Part shown: piece by piece, positions 50,731 to 59,517 of the stretch
How positions within the stretch are numbered: position 1 is the first letter of the stretch
How the letters are laid out: each line of letters opens with the position of its first letter
Assembly: GCA_963667845.2 (NCBI GenBank)
Contig: CAXXVL010000002.1
Location: 3,360,001-3,424,000, forward strand
DNA length: 64,000 nt
Reading direction: 5' to 3'
DNA from: Smithellaceae bacterium
Lineage (GTDB): Bacteria > Desulfobacterota > Syntrophia > Syntrophales > Smithellaceae
Position numbers and translations under genes: made by a program
Notes under the pieces: generated by a model
What the model was told of the DNA's origin: nothing
What the model saw: the letters and a program-made list of their open reading frames with translations, nothing else
Databases searched by the model: none

Positions 50731-51654
50731 TCAACTTTCCCGCCGGAACATTTCGATGGTTTTTCGGATTGCGTCGGATTGATCCGGGGCAAACCACTTA
50801 ATCGATTTATCCGCCGAAAACCAGGTCAGCTGCCTTTTGGAATATTGCCACGTATCGCGATTGATTCGTTCGACCATTGCATCCCGGTCATACTTCCCCC
50901 GGATAAATTCGATAACCTGCTTATATCCCAGCGATTGCAACGGTTTGAGTCTTTCATCATACCCCCGCGATAAAATCCCCCTCACCTCTTCGACAAGCCC
51001 CGCTTCCATCATTTGCGCTGTTCTAAGTGCAATTCGCTCTTTCAATTCGGAGCGCTCGATTTGCAGGCCTATTTTACAGGCGTCATAAGGGCAATCGGCA
51101 AAGGCATGCCGCTTCTGCAGGGTGACGATGGACTGCCCGCTTTGCTCGAGGACTTCCAGGGCCCGAATCACGCGTACGGCGTCGTGGGGATTGATCCGCG
51201 CCGCCGCCTCCGGGTCTCTTTCGCGAAGCAACCCGAAGAGATGTTCTTTGCCCAGACGATCACGAATTCCGCGATAGTGATTGCGGATGTTTTCATCGAC
51301 CGGCGGCGTGGCGATAATCCCCTGCAGGAGCGCCCGGATATACAGGCCGGTTCCGCCGACGACAAATACCGGCTTCTGCCGGTGTGCTATTTTTTCAATG
51401 ATCGTCCGCGCCTGCTCGGCAAAGACAGCCGCGTTGAAATCTTCATCCGGATCGACGACATCGATCAAGTGATGCGTCACCGCCTGACGTTCTTCGGACG
51501 TGGGCTTGGCCGTGCCGATATCCAGATAGCGATAGACCTGCAGCGAATCCGCATTGACAATCTCTCCGCCGCATGGCAGCGCCAGATCAAGCGCCAGGCG
51601 GGTTTTCCCCGTCGCAGTGGGCGAACAGATGACGACAAGCGGAATCTTGCGCAC
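50731..51654 (-). CDS. miaA: tRNA dimethylallyltransferase
   Basis: PTATGKT, NADSLQVYRYLDIGTAKP, VGGTGLY, RALEV, GYKQ, KRQLTWF; GTG start just after the mutL stop. Confidence 0.96.
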   Translation of the reverse strand: MRKIPLVVICSPTATGKTRLALDLALPCGGEIVNADSLQVYRYLDIGTAKPTSEERQAVTHHLIDVVDPDEDFNAAVFAEQARTIIEKIAHRQKPVFVVGGTGLYIRALLQGIIATPPVDENIRNHYRGIRDRLGKEHLFGLLRERDPEAAARINPHDAVRVIRALEVLEQSGQSIVTLQKRHAFADCPYDACKIGLQIERSELKERIALRTAQMMEAGLVEEVRGILSRGYDERLKPLQSLGYKQVIEFIRGKYDRDAMVERINRDTWQYSKRQLTWFSADKSIKWFAPDQSDAIRKTIEMFRRES

Positions 51655-51655
51655 C

Positions 51656-53452
51656 TTATTTTCGTTTAAACATTCTTTCGATTTCATAAAGAGAAAATTG
51701 CACACTGATCGGACGTCCATGAGGACACGTTGCGTTATACGGCGTTTTTTCCAGATCCCGGCACAGAGCCGCGACTTCCTGGGCCGAAAGAACCGCATTG
51801 GCCTTAATCGCCGCGCGGCAGGCGAGCTGGGCCAGGATCTTTTCCCTGCGCTCCTCGAGCGATAGATCTTTCCGTTCATCGCCCAGTTGATCGGCCAGAT
51901 CGGAAATGATGTCGCCGGGCGGGACATGCGGCAGGCACGCCGGCATGGCCTTCACCACAATCGCATCCCGTCCGAATATTTCAAGCTCCAGTCCGATATC
52001 GCTGAGGGTGGATCGCGCGCTTTCGAAAAGACTGATCTGGGCCGGATTGATGCCGACAACTTCCGGCATGAGCAAAGGCTGGCTTATCGATTTTTCTGCG
52101 GTCGCTTTTTTCAAACGCTCCAGGATAATCCTTTCATGCGCCGCGTGCTGATCCACCAGCATCACACCGTCAGAACCTGCAAAGACCAGGTACGTTCCGG
52201 CAAACTGGCCCAGATAGCTGCGGTTCGCAAATGTAATGGGTTCTCCCGAAGAGCCATCCTCAACGCGGAGAGCGCTGTCCGCCGGACTTCCCGTGCGCGC
52301 AAACAAATCCTCTTCAATCGCCTGTCGCAGATTCTGCCGCGAATAAATCTCCCGCGGGAGCTCGGCAGATGAATAAGGATCTCTCGGCCTCCAGAATCCG
52401 GAGGAAACGGATGATGATTCCCGGGACGTCAGACGATAAGCAAGCGCGTCGCGGGAGATTTGCGTGCCGGCGAGACTTTTCGCCACGGTCTTCGAGATGA
52501 GATCATAAATCTCCCGGGAATTCCGAAAACGGACTTCCAGTTTGGCGGGGTGAACATTGATATCAACGTCCTCTCCCGGCAGTTCCAGGAATATAACCGC
52601 CGCCGGATAGCGGCGGGGTTCAATCACCTGACGGTAAGCGGCAAGAACCGCATGGGTCATGCTGTTGTCCCGGATAAAACGGGCGTTCACGTATAAATAA
52701 ATATTTTTGGAGTTGGATTTTGTAAATTCCGGCGGGGAAATAAAACCGGCGATCCGCAGATGGTCCGTCTCGGCACGAATCGCCAGAGAGCGGCTCGTAA
52801 ACTCGTTTCCCATAACCATGCCGATCCGCTCCGAGACATCTGCCGCGACGGGCGCCGCAAATACTTCCCTCCCATCGGCCGTAACAATAAAGCGGACTTC
52901 CGGATGCGCCAGCGCCAGGCGCGTAACGGCGTCGAGGCATGCGCTTTGTTCAGTGGCCTCGGTCTTGAGAAACTTGCGGCGCGCCGGCACATTGGCAAAT
53001 AGTTTCGTTACGGTGATCTGCGTTCCGGGGGGCAAGCCGGCAGGCGTAATTTCCGAAATGACGGCGCCTTCGGCGATCGCCTTCGTTCCCGCCAAATCGT
53101 CTTTCCGCCGGGTCAGCATCTCCACGCGTGCGACGGAAGCGATGCTCGCCATGGCCTCGCCGCGGAAGCCGAATGATCCGGCCGAGTATATATCCTCGAG
53201 TTTCGAAATTTTACTGGTGGCATGACGCTCGAAAACGAGCGCAACATCTTCGTGCTCAATGCCCGAACCGTTATCGGCAACTCGGATGGACTCACAGCCT
53301 CCTTGGGAAAGTTCCACGCGGATATCGCGCGCTCCGGCATCGATTGCGTTTTCAACCAGTTCCTTGACAATCGATGCCGGTCTCTCCACCACTTCTCCGG
53401 CGGCGATCTGGTTTGCGACTTCTTCGGATAGAACAACGATACGTTTTGACAC
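51656..53452 (-). CDS. mutL: DNA mismatch repair endonuclease MutL
   Basis: QIAAGEVVERPAS, GFRGEA, DINVHPAK, DQHAAHERI, ACR, CPHGRP. GTG start; the upstream ORF extension runs through a terminator. Confidence 0.97.
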   Translation of the reverse strand: MSKRIVVLSEEVANQIAAGEVVERPASIVKELVENAIDAGARDIRVELSQGGCESIRVADNGSGIEHEDVALVFERHATSKISKLEDIYSAGSFGFRGEAMASIASVARVEMLTRRKDDLAGTKAIAEGAVISEITPAGLPPGTQITVTKLFANVPARRKFLKTEATEQSACLDAVTRLALAHPEVRFIVTADGREVFAAPVAADVSERIGMVMGNEFTSRSLAIRAETDHLRIAGFISPPEFTKSNSKNIYLYVNARFIRDNSMTHAVLAAYRQVIEPRRYPAAVIFLELPGEDVDINVHPAKLEVRFRNSREIYDLISKTVAKSLAGTQISRDALAYRLTSRESSSVSSGFWRPRDPYSSAELPREIYSRQNLRQAIEEDLFARTGSPADSALRVEDGSSGEPITFANRSYLGQFAGTYLVFAGSDGVMLVDQHAAHERIILERLKKATAEKSISQPLLMPEVVGINPAQISLFESARSTLSDIGLELEIFGRDAIVVKAMPACLPHVPPGDIISDLADQLGDERKDLSLEERREKILAQLACRAAIKANAVLSAQEVAALCRDLEKTPYNATCPHGRPISVQFSLYEIERMFKRK

Positions 53453-53489
53453 TGGCTTCCCTTTTCGCGCTCTCTCTATTTCTTCACCG

Positions 53490-53528
53490 AAAAAAAGCCG
53501 CAGCCACCAAGGTATTCGTGACTGCGGC
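53490..53528 (-). terminator. Intrinsic terminator downstream of the LPP20-like gene
   Basis: Minus strand GCCGCAGUCAC/GUGGCUGCGGC followed by U7. Confidence 0.8.
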
Positions 53529-53547
53529 CTCGTTTTTTCCAACGTTC

Positions 53548-53668
53548 ATACCCTGTTGCATTCAAAAGATCAGCTTCGGCAAGGAGGAGGCTCCGCAGGC
53601 GTATTATTTATACGTTGGGGAAGCCGACGACACACCAACAAAGTTAGCCGAAGAATGCGACTTGGTAT
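53548..53668. mobile_element. Second MITE-like element (121 bp)
   Basis: Terminal IR ATACCCTGTTGCATTC vs reverse complement ATACCAAGTCGCATTC (13/16); inner CTTCGGC/GCCGAAG and CGTAT..ATACG hairpins; non-coding. Confidence 0.65.
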
Positions 53669-53674
53669 CCCGTT

Positions 53675-54565
53675 CTAATCCAGAACGATCATCACCCGGC
53701 ATTTCTTCATAAACGACGCATTCTCCGCCGACGCGCGTATCTGACCTGCATCGGCATTGCTGATCACGAGGTCGGATTTCCCGGCGCCGCCGGTTTTCAG
53801 CGCCTTCACGGTCACGGGATTGGCCGTCACACGCTGATTGCTCTGGGCCGACGTGAGGTCGCGGGCATACCCGCTCATCCCCTGCTGGACCGCGTATTCA
53901 CGATCCACATTGGCGGAACCGTAAATTTCCTTGCCTTCCTCGTCATAGATGCGCGGAGACATGGCCGGACGCGCCCCGATGCCGCGGGCGTCGATCACCA
54001 GCCCGGTATAGGCCACAGGCGCGGGAGGCGGCGCGGTAACGGCGGGAGCGGGAGTAGCAGGCGCTGGCGCAGCCGGTGCGGGCGGCGGGACGGCCTTGCG
54101 CTTCTCAATGGCCAGGGGGACTACGATCTGCGACAGATTGCCGTAAAGGGGCATTCTCAGCCGGACTTCCACGGTTCCGTCGGACATGTATTGCTGATCA
54201 ACAACCTGCGCGCCTTTCACAAGGCCCTCGACCTGCGTATTGACGACATCGCTCTCCACCGTAAAGTCCCTGACGGTGGTTCTGGCATCCACCTGGACCC
54301 CCTTGGTTATTTCCAGGATATTGCGATAAGCGTCGACTTTCGCCGCGCGCAGAGCCATCGGGCGCGCGTTGATCTTCCCAATGCTCCGGTCCGGCGGCGC
54401 GCCGATCCCGACTGCTTCAATATAGCCTGCCGACCAGTTTACGGAACCCTGACCGACTTTATCCACCCATTCGGACATACTGACCGTATTCTGGCAAAAG
54501 CCAGCCTGTGCCAATAATAATAGCATCCCCGCCCCAACGGTCACGGAAATAAATCTAAACTTCAT
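53675..54565 (-). CDS. Exported LPP20/FlgT-N-like domain protein with a Pro/Ala linker
   Basis: Signal peptide; IEAVGIG, ALRAAKVDAYRNILE..GVQV..TTVRDF; YTGLVIDARG..PAMSPRI. Confidence 0.75.
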   Translation of the reverse strand: MKFRFISVTVGAGMLLLLAQAGFCQNTVSMSEWVDKVGQGSVNWSAGYIEAVGIGAPPDRSIGKINARPMALRAAKVDAYRNILEITKGVQVDARTTVRDFTVESDVVNTQVEGLVKGAQVVDQQYMSDGTVEVRLRMPLYGNLSQIVVPLAIEKRKAVPPPAPAAPAPATPAPAVTAPPPAPVAYTGLVIDARGIGARPAMSPRIYDEEGKEIYGSANVDREYAVQQGMSGYARDLTSAQSNQRVTANPVTVKALKTGGAGKSDLVISNADAGQIRASAENASFMKKCRVMIVLD

Positions 54566-54879
54566 GGTATCCTCCTTTGGTTGATCATCTTAAAAGCAAT
54601 CGAATCTCTGAAAGTCGCCATAAAACTAACAAAATATTCTTCAGGTTGCAATAAGAATCGAGCATGAATACACTACACCGGATCGCCAAGAGTTATGCTT
54701 GAAAGTCGCATGTTTATGTGATAGTTGACTGCAACTGATTCGATATATCAGCATAATCAGCCAAGGAACGTTTCCGGGCCCGTGTCACCCCCTGGTGGTC
54801 AGGTTACCGATTGTTCTCTACCGACAACAAATTGCGGTTTAGCCGCTATTTTTTTTGAATGAAAACAGGAGCAGCAAAA

Positions 54880-57669
54880 ATGGATTACAAACAGACATTA
54901 AATCTTCCGCAAACGGCTTTTCCCATGAAAGCCAATCTGGCCGTGCGCGAACCGGAAATGCTCGATCAGTGGGCCAAAATGGATATTTACAAAAGAATCC
55001 GGGCCATGGCCTCGGGCAAGCAGCCTTATATTCTGCATGACGGACCTCCTTACGCCAACGGCAATATCCACCTGGGTACGGCGCTCAATAAGATCATCAA
55101 AGACATCGTCATCAAAGCCAAAAATATGACCGGCTTCGACGGCGTGTACGTACCGGGCTGGGACTGCCACGGACTGCCCATCGAACATCAGGTGGACAAA
55201 GAACTGGGGGCGAAGAAACAAACCATGACGCAGGTGGAAAAACGCCGCGCCTGCCGCACCTACGCGGAAAAATTTGTGGACACTCAACGCGCACAGTTTA
55301 AGCGCCTCGGTGTCTTCGGCGAATGGGAAAATCCCTATCTGACGATGGCCTATCCATACGAAGCCACGACGGTCAACGAATTCGGAAAGCTCTACCTCAA
55401 AGGCAGCGTCTATAAAGGAAAGAAACCCGTATACTGGTGCGCCTCCTGCAGAACGGCGCTGGCCGAAGCGGAAGTGGAATATGCCGATCACCGCACGCCG
55501 TCTATTTATGTAAAATTCACGTTCGTCTCCGATATCGCTTCCGTGCTGCCGAAGCTGGCCTCGCAGAAAGTCAGCATGGTCATCTGGACGACCACACCCT
55601 GGACGATTCCCGCCAACCTGGCCATTGCCGTCAAAGACGACTTCATCTACGCTGCAGTAAAAATCAATGATGAAGTGCTCATTGTGGCCAAGGATATGCT
55701 GGATTACTGCCTGGACGCATTCGGGTATCGCGGCAAACCTTACGAAATTCTCGATGAGTTCAAGGGCGAAGTCCTCGAAGGCCAGAAATGCATGCATCCC
55801 CTGGTGAAGAGGCACAGCGTTTTGATTCTGGCCCCCTTTGTCACGCTGGAGGCCGGAACCGGCGCGGTGCATATCGCCCCCGGCCACGGCCAGGAAGACT
55901 ATGAAATCGGGCTGGAATACGGGCTGGACAACTATGCGCCGGTGGATGAGGCAGGGAGATTCACGGAAGACGTTGAACACTTCGCCGGCCAGTTCGTGTT
56001 TGACGCCAACGATAACGTCATTAAAAAACTGGACGAAGTCGGAGCATTGATGGGGCACGTGCCCATGCAGCATTCCTACCCACACTGCTGGCGCTGCAAG
56101 AAGCCGATCATTTTCCGCTCGACCGAACAGTGGTTCATCTCGATGGAGAAGAACGACCTTCGCAAAAAAGCGCTCGCCGCTATCAACGAAGTACAGTGGA
56201 TTCCCGCGTGGGGACGCGACCGCATTTACGGCATGGTGGAAAACCGACCGGACTGGTGTATTTCCCGGCAGCGTCTGTGGGGCGTGCCGATCACGATATT
56301 CTACTGCGCAAAATGCAAAAATGAAGTTCTGACCAGGGAAATCCTCGATCACCTGGTGGCCTTAGTGGAAAAAGACGGCGCGGATGTGTGGTTTGAAAAA
56401 GAACCCAAATATCTGATGCCCAAACACACGACCTGTCCGCACTGTCACGCAACCGAATTTACCAAAGAGGTCAATATTCTGGATGTGTGGTTTGACTCCG
56501 GCGTGAGCCATGCGGCGGTATTGGAAAAACGACCTGATTTGCAGTCGCCTTGCGATATGTATCTGGAGGGAAACGATCAGCACCGGGGCTGGTTTCATTC
56601 ATCACTGCTGGAATGCGTGGGAACCCGGGGACGTGCCCCCTACAAAAGTGTTCTGACGCACGGCATGGTTGTTGACGGCGAAGGCAAGAAGATGTCCAAG
56701 TCCGTCGGTAACGTGATCGGCGCTGAAGAAGGCATTGCCAAATACGGCGCAGAAATTCTCAGACTCTGGGTGGCGGCGGAAGACTATACCGATGACATCC
56801 GCATTTCCGAAGAAATTCTCAAACGCCTGATGGAAGCGTATCGCCGCATCCGCAATACCAGCCGATTCATTCTGGGTAATCTGTATGATTTTAAACCGGA
56901 CGCGGACAGCCTGCCTTATGAACAAATGCTGGAAATGGACCGGTGGGCGCTTAATCGTCTGCAGGAAGTTATCAAACGGGTTACCGAAGCCTATGAACGC
57001 CATCAGTTTCACATGGCCTTCTATACGCTGTATAACTATTGCACGGTCGATTTGAGCGCGCTCTATTTGGATGTTTTAAAAGACCGGCTCTACACGAGCA
57101 AAGCCGCCTCCCCGGCGCGCCGATCCGGACAGACGGCGATGTTCACCATCCTCAACGCCATGACCCGACTGCTCGCACCGATCCTGACCTTCACATCCGA
57201 AGAAGTATGGGCGGCGCTGCCCTCCTGGACGGGCAAAGAGGAAAGTGTTCATCTGACGCAGTTTCCGCAGGTCAACAAAGCGTATGTAAACGTGGACCTT
57301 GGTGAACGCTGGAAGGTTATGATTGACGCCAAGGCGGAAATCGCCAAGGCCGTGGAACAGGCCCGCAAGGATAAAGTGATCGGCCATTCGCTGGATGCGC
57401 GCATCAGCATTGCCGCGCCGGAAAAGATGCGGACTTTGTTTGAAACGCATCGGGAAGATCTGCGCGCACTTCTAATCGTCTCGCAGCTTCAGCTGGTCGA
57501 TGAAAAAGACATCGCCAGTCCGTACCAAAGCGAAGAAATCAAAGGCCTGTCCGTTGGTGTGGAAAAGGCGCACGGCGCCAAATGTGAACGCTGCTGGATT
57601 TATGAAGAGTCGGTCGGCTCCGATCCCCAGCATCCGACCGTCTGCGGCCGCTGTCTATCGAATCTTTAA
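54880..57669 (+). CDS. ileS: Isoleucine--tRNA ligase (type 1)
   Basis: LHDGPPYANG, GWDCHGLPIE, WTTTPWT, DWCISRQR, KMSKS, C-terminal Zn finger CERCW..CGRC. Confidence 0.98.
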   Translation: MDYKQTLNLPQTAFPMKANLAVREPEMLDQWAKMDIYKRIRAMASGKQPYILHDGPPYANGNIHLGTALNKIIKDIVIKAKNMTGFDGVYVPGWDCHGLPIEHQVDKELGAKKQTMTQVEKRRACRTYAEKFVDTQRAQFKRLGVFGEWENPYLTMAYPYEATTVNEFGKLYLKGSVYKGKKPVYWCASCRTALAEAEVEYADHRTPSIYVKFTFVSDIASVLPKLASQKVSMVIWTTTPWTIPANLAIAVKDDFIYAAVKINDEVLIVAKDMLDYCLDAFGYRGKPYEILDEFKGEVLEGQKCMHPLVKRHSVLILAPFVTLEAGTGAVHIAPGHGQEDYEIGLEYGLDNYAPVDEAGRFTEDVEHFAGQFVFDANDNVIKKLDEVGALMGHVPMQHSYPHCWRCKKPIIFRSTEQWFISMEKNDLRKKALAAINEVQWIPAWGRDRIYGMVENRPDWCISRQRLWGVPITIFYCAKCKNEVLTREILDHLVALVEKDGADVWFEKEPKYLMPKHTTCPHCHATEFTKEVNILDVWFDSGVSHAAVLEKRPDLQSPCDMYLEGNDQHRGWFHSSLLECVGTRGRAPYKSVLTHGMVVDGEGKKMSKSVGNVIGAEEGIAKYGAEILRLWVAAEDYTDDIRISEEILKRLMEAYRRIRNTSRFILGNLYDFKPDADSLPYEQMLEMDRWALNRLQEVIKRVTEAYERHQFHMAFYTLYNYCTVDLSALYLDVLKDRLYTSKAASPARRSGQTAMFTILNAMTRLLAPILTFTSEEVWAALPSWTGKEESVHLTQFPQVNKAYVNVDLGERWKVMIDAKAEIAKAVEQARKDKVIGHSLDARISIAAPEKMRTLFETHREDLRALLIVSQLQLVDEKDIASPYQSEEIKGLSVGVEKAHGAKCERCWIYEESVGSDPQHPTVCGRCLSNL

Positions 57670-57672
57670 ACG

Positions 57673-57714
57673 GGTTCAAGGCTCAAGGTGCAAGGGACAA
57701 GGGACAAGGGACAA
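57673..57714 (+). repeat. Six tandem 7-nt repeats (GGNNCAA)
   Basis: ggttcaa ggctcaa ggtgcaa gggacaa gggacaa gggacaa, running into the AAGGAG SD of lspA. Confidence 0.85.
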
Positions 57715-57724
57715 GGAGAATTTT

Positions 57725-58222
57725 TTGAAAAAGAATCTTTTGATATTCGTTCTGGGCGCAGTGGTTGTGATTGTGCTGGATCAACTCACAAAATCGGTTA
57801 TCACGGCACACTTTGCGCTTCATGAAGTGTTTCCGGTGATTCCCGGTTTCTTTAATCTGGTATATGTCCTGAACCCCGGCGCGGCATTCGGTTTTCTGGC
57901 TAATGCCTCCGAAACCTTCCGTTATGTCTTCTTCACCGGGGTGACGGTTCTGGCGGCGGGTTTGATTATTTTTTATCTTGTCAAAAGCCACCCGCGAAAC
58001 CTGATTCTGGCGGGCTCTCTCACTTTGATTTTCGGCGGGGCGGTCGGCAACTTAATCGACCGGCTGCGCGTAGGCGCCGTCGTGGATTTTCTGGATGTCT
58101 TCGTCGGCTCTTTGCACTGGCCGGCTTTCAACGTGGCGGATTCCGCCATCACCGTGGGCGCGATACTGATGATCTGGGAAATGATCCTGAACAGGAAAGA
58201 AAAACAAGCCGGGGTAAAATAA
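57725..58222 (+). CDS. lspA: Lipoprotein signal peptidase II
   Basis: LDQLTK, NPGAAFG, GGAVGNLIDR, VVDFL, WPAFNVADS; follows ileS; TTG start. Confidence 0.97.
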   Translation: MKKNLLIFVLGAVVVIVLDQLTKSVITAHFALHEVFPVIPGFFNLVYVLNPGAAFGFLANASETFRYVFFTGVTVLAAGLIIFYLVKSHPRNLILAGSLTLIFGGAVGNLIDRLRVGAVVDFLDVFVGSLHWPAFNVADSAITVGAILMIWEMILNRKEKQAGVK

Positions 58223-58226
58223 GCGC

Positions 58227-59057
58227 TTACGCCTTTTGATCCTTAACGTTGTCTTTTTCGTTTACGTCAATTCCAGCTGCAACCGCCAGTATGTCCTTAA
58301 GCGAAATATCCGGATGGTGATAGCGTTTCTTCGTCCGGGTCCCTTTTCCGTATTGAATCGCTTCTTCCGGGCACCACTGAATACACGCAAAACATTGTTC
58401 GCACCGATGCAGCCAAACGGGTTTGCCTTCCTCCAACCGGATATTTGCGGCGGGACATATTTTTGCACAAATTCCGCACGACGAGCATTTTTCATCGGCA
58501 AAAAAAGACTTATCCATCCGCGGAACATGCGGCAGAGATTTTTTATAAATCATCGACAAGATCAAATTCTGCAAAAAGGGACCCGCCTCCGGCCGGAGGC
58601 TCACCCTGTCGCGGACAGCCTCTGCGATCCGCTCAATCTTCGCGAGAGCAACGGCCATCTTTTTCTGCTGTTTGTCCTGTGCGATGGCTCCGCCCCAGGG
58701 AATATAATTACTGGGAAGATCAATGGAAAAGCCGGACGACAGATGAAGGTTTTTCGCGTTCAGGATCTTTTGCAGCTGAAGAAGTGTTGCTGCGACCTGA
58801 CCGGCATTAACGGCCACGCCAAAAATATACTGCGCCGAAGCAGCTTCCAGATTTTGAAGAAATTCGATGACGGGCGACGGCACGCCCCAGATATGTACCG
58901 GAAAAACCAGACCGATGGCTTCTGAGTCGCAATGAAATACCTTGTTCCGGTATCGGCTGAGAGCAATCAACTCCGCCCGGTCAAGAAAACCGGCAATTTT
59001 TTCGGCCGTCCAGAGGGAATTTCCCGTTCCCGTATAAAAAAATAGAGTTGTTTTCAT
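58227..59057 (-). CDS. EFR1-family flavodoxin-ferredoxin fusion
   Basis: FYTGTGNS, FPVHIW, PSNY; CSSCGICAKICP and CEQCFACIQWCP; RYHHP. Confidence 0.88.
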   Translation of the reverse strand: MKTTLFFYTGTGNSLWTAEKIAGFLDRAELIALSRYRNKVFHCDSEAIGLVFPVHIWGVPSPVIEFLQNLEAASAQYIFGVAVNAGQVAATLLQLQKILNAKNLHLSSGFSIDLPSNYIPWGGAIAQDKQQKKMAVALAKIERIAEAVRDRVSLRPEAGPFLQNLILSMIYKKSLPHVPRMDKSFFADEKCSSCGICAKICPAANIRLEEGKPVWLHRCEQCFACIQWCPEEAIQYGKGTRTKKRYHHPDISLKDILAVAAGIDVNEKDNVKDQKA

Positions 59058-59503
59058 CAGGGAGATGATTTGAGCACCCGGTCATAGACCGCCTCGGAAA
59101 ACCCATACACCTGATTCCGGTTAATGATGGCAAACGGTACGTCGGTGCCGTTGTCTATTGCTTTTCTTTTAACAGCGGCCGTCTGGTCATTATCCATATT
59201 ATATTCCGTGAAGGTCAGATTACGGGCAGTAAGGAAGTCTCTGGCCTTGTCGCAGTCCGGGCAATCATTCTTCGTATACAGGGTGATGACCATTTTCGTT
59301 TCCGTCTTCGCCTGCGGATCTGCCTGACCGGCAGGAGCATTTTTTTCATGGAGCTTGACATTGCGACTTTTCAGGTTGGCCGGCGGCGGATAATCGGTAA
59401 TATGCGACACGCCGGATTCATCTTCCCAAGTGTAAAAATCAGCATAGACCATCGCGGTAAACGCGATCACGAATGCCAATGCAAACAACCAATACCTTTT
59501 CAT
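59057..59503 (-). CDS. Exported DUF4124 plus glutaredoxin-like protein
   Basis: Signal peptide; FYTWEDESGVSHITDYPP; LYTKNDCPDCDKAR, VP, GFS. Confidence 0.85.
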   Translation of the reverse strand: MKRYWLFALAFVIAFTAMVYADFYTWEDESGVSHITDYPPPANLKSRNVKLHEKNAPAGQADPQAKTETKMVITLYTKNDCPDCDKARDFLTARNLTFTEYNMDNDQTAAVKRKAIDNGTDVPFAIINRNQVYGFSEAVYDRVLKSSP

Positions 59504-59517
59504 AAAATCTCCAATTC

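Noticed and set aside
50731..53542. N-terminal extensions of miaA and mutL in the ORF track (also lspA, argS and the Vor beta subunit)
   Set aside because: They overlap upstream genes, terminators or repeats; downstream starts fit the known protein lengths better and mostly have SD sequences.
54760..54860. T-box or SRP RNA upstream of ileS
   Set aside because: No UGGNACC T-box or specifier stem. The SRP-like words CAGCCAAGG and GGTCAGG are in the wrong order and lack the GGAA loop.
54898..56352. 484-aa ORF antisense to ileS (likewise 48000-49223 on valS)
   Set aside because: Shadow ORFs in register with GC-biased genes; no SD or recognisable motifs.
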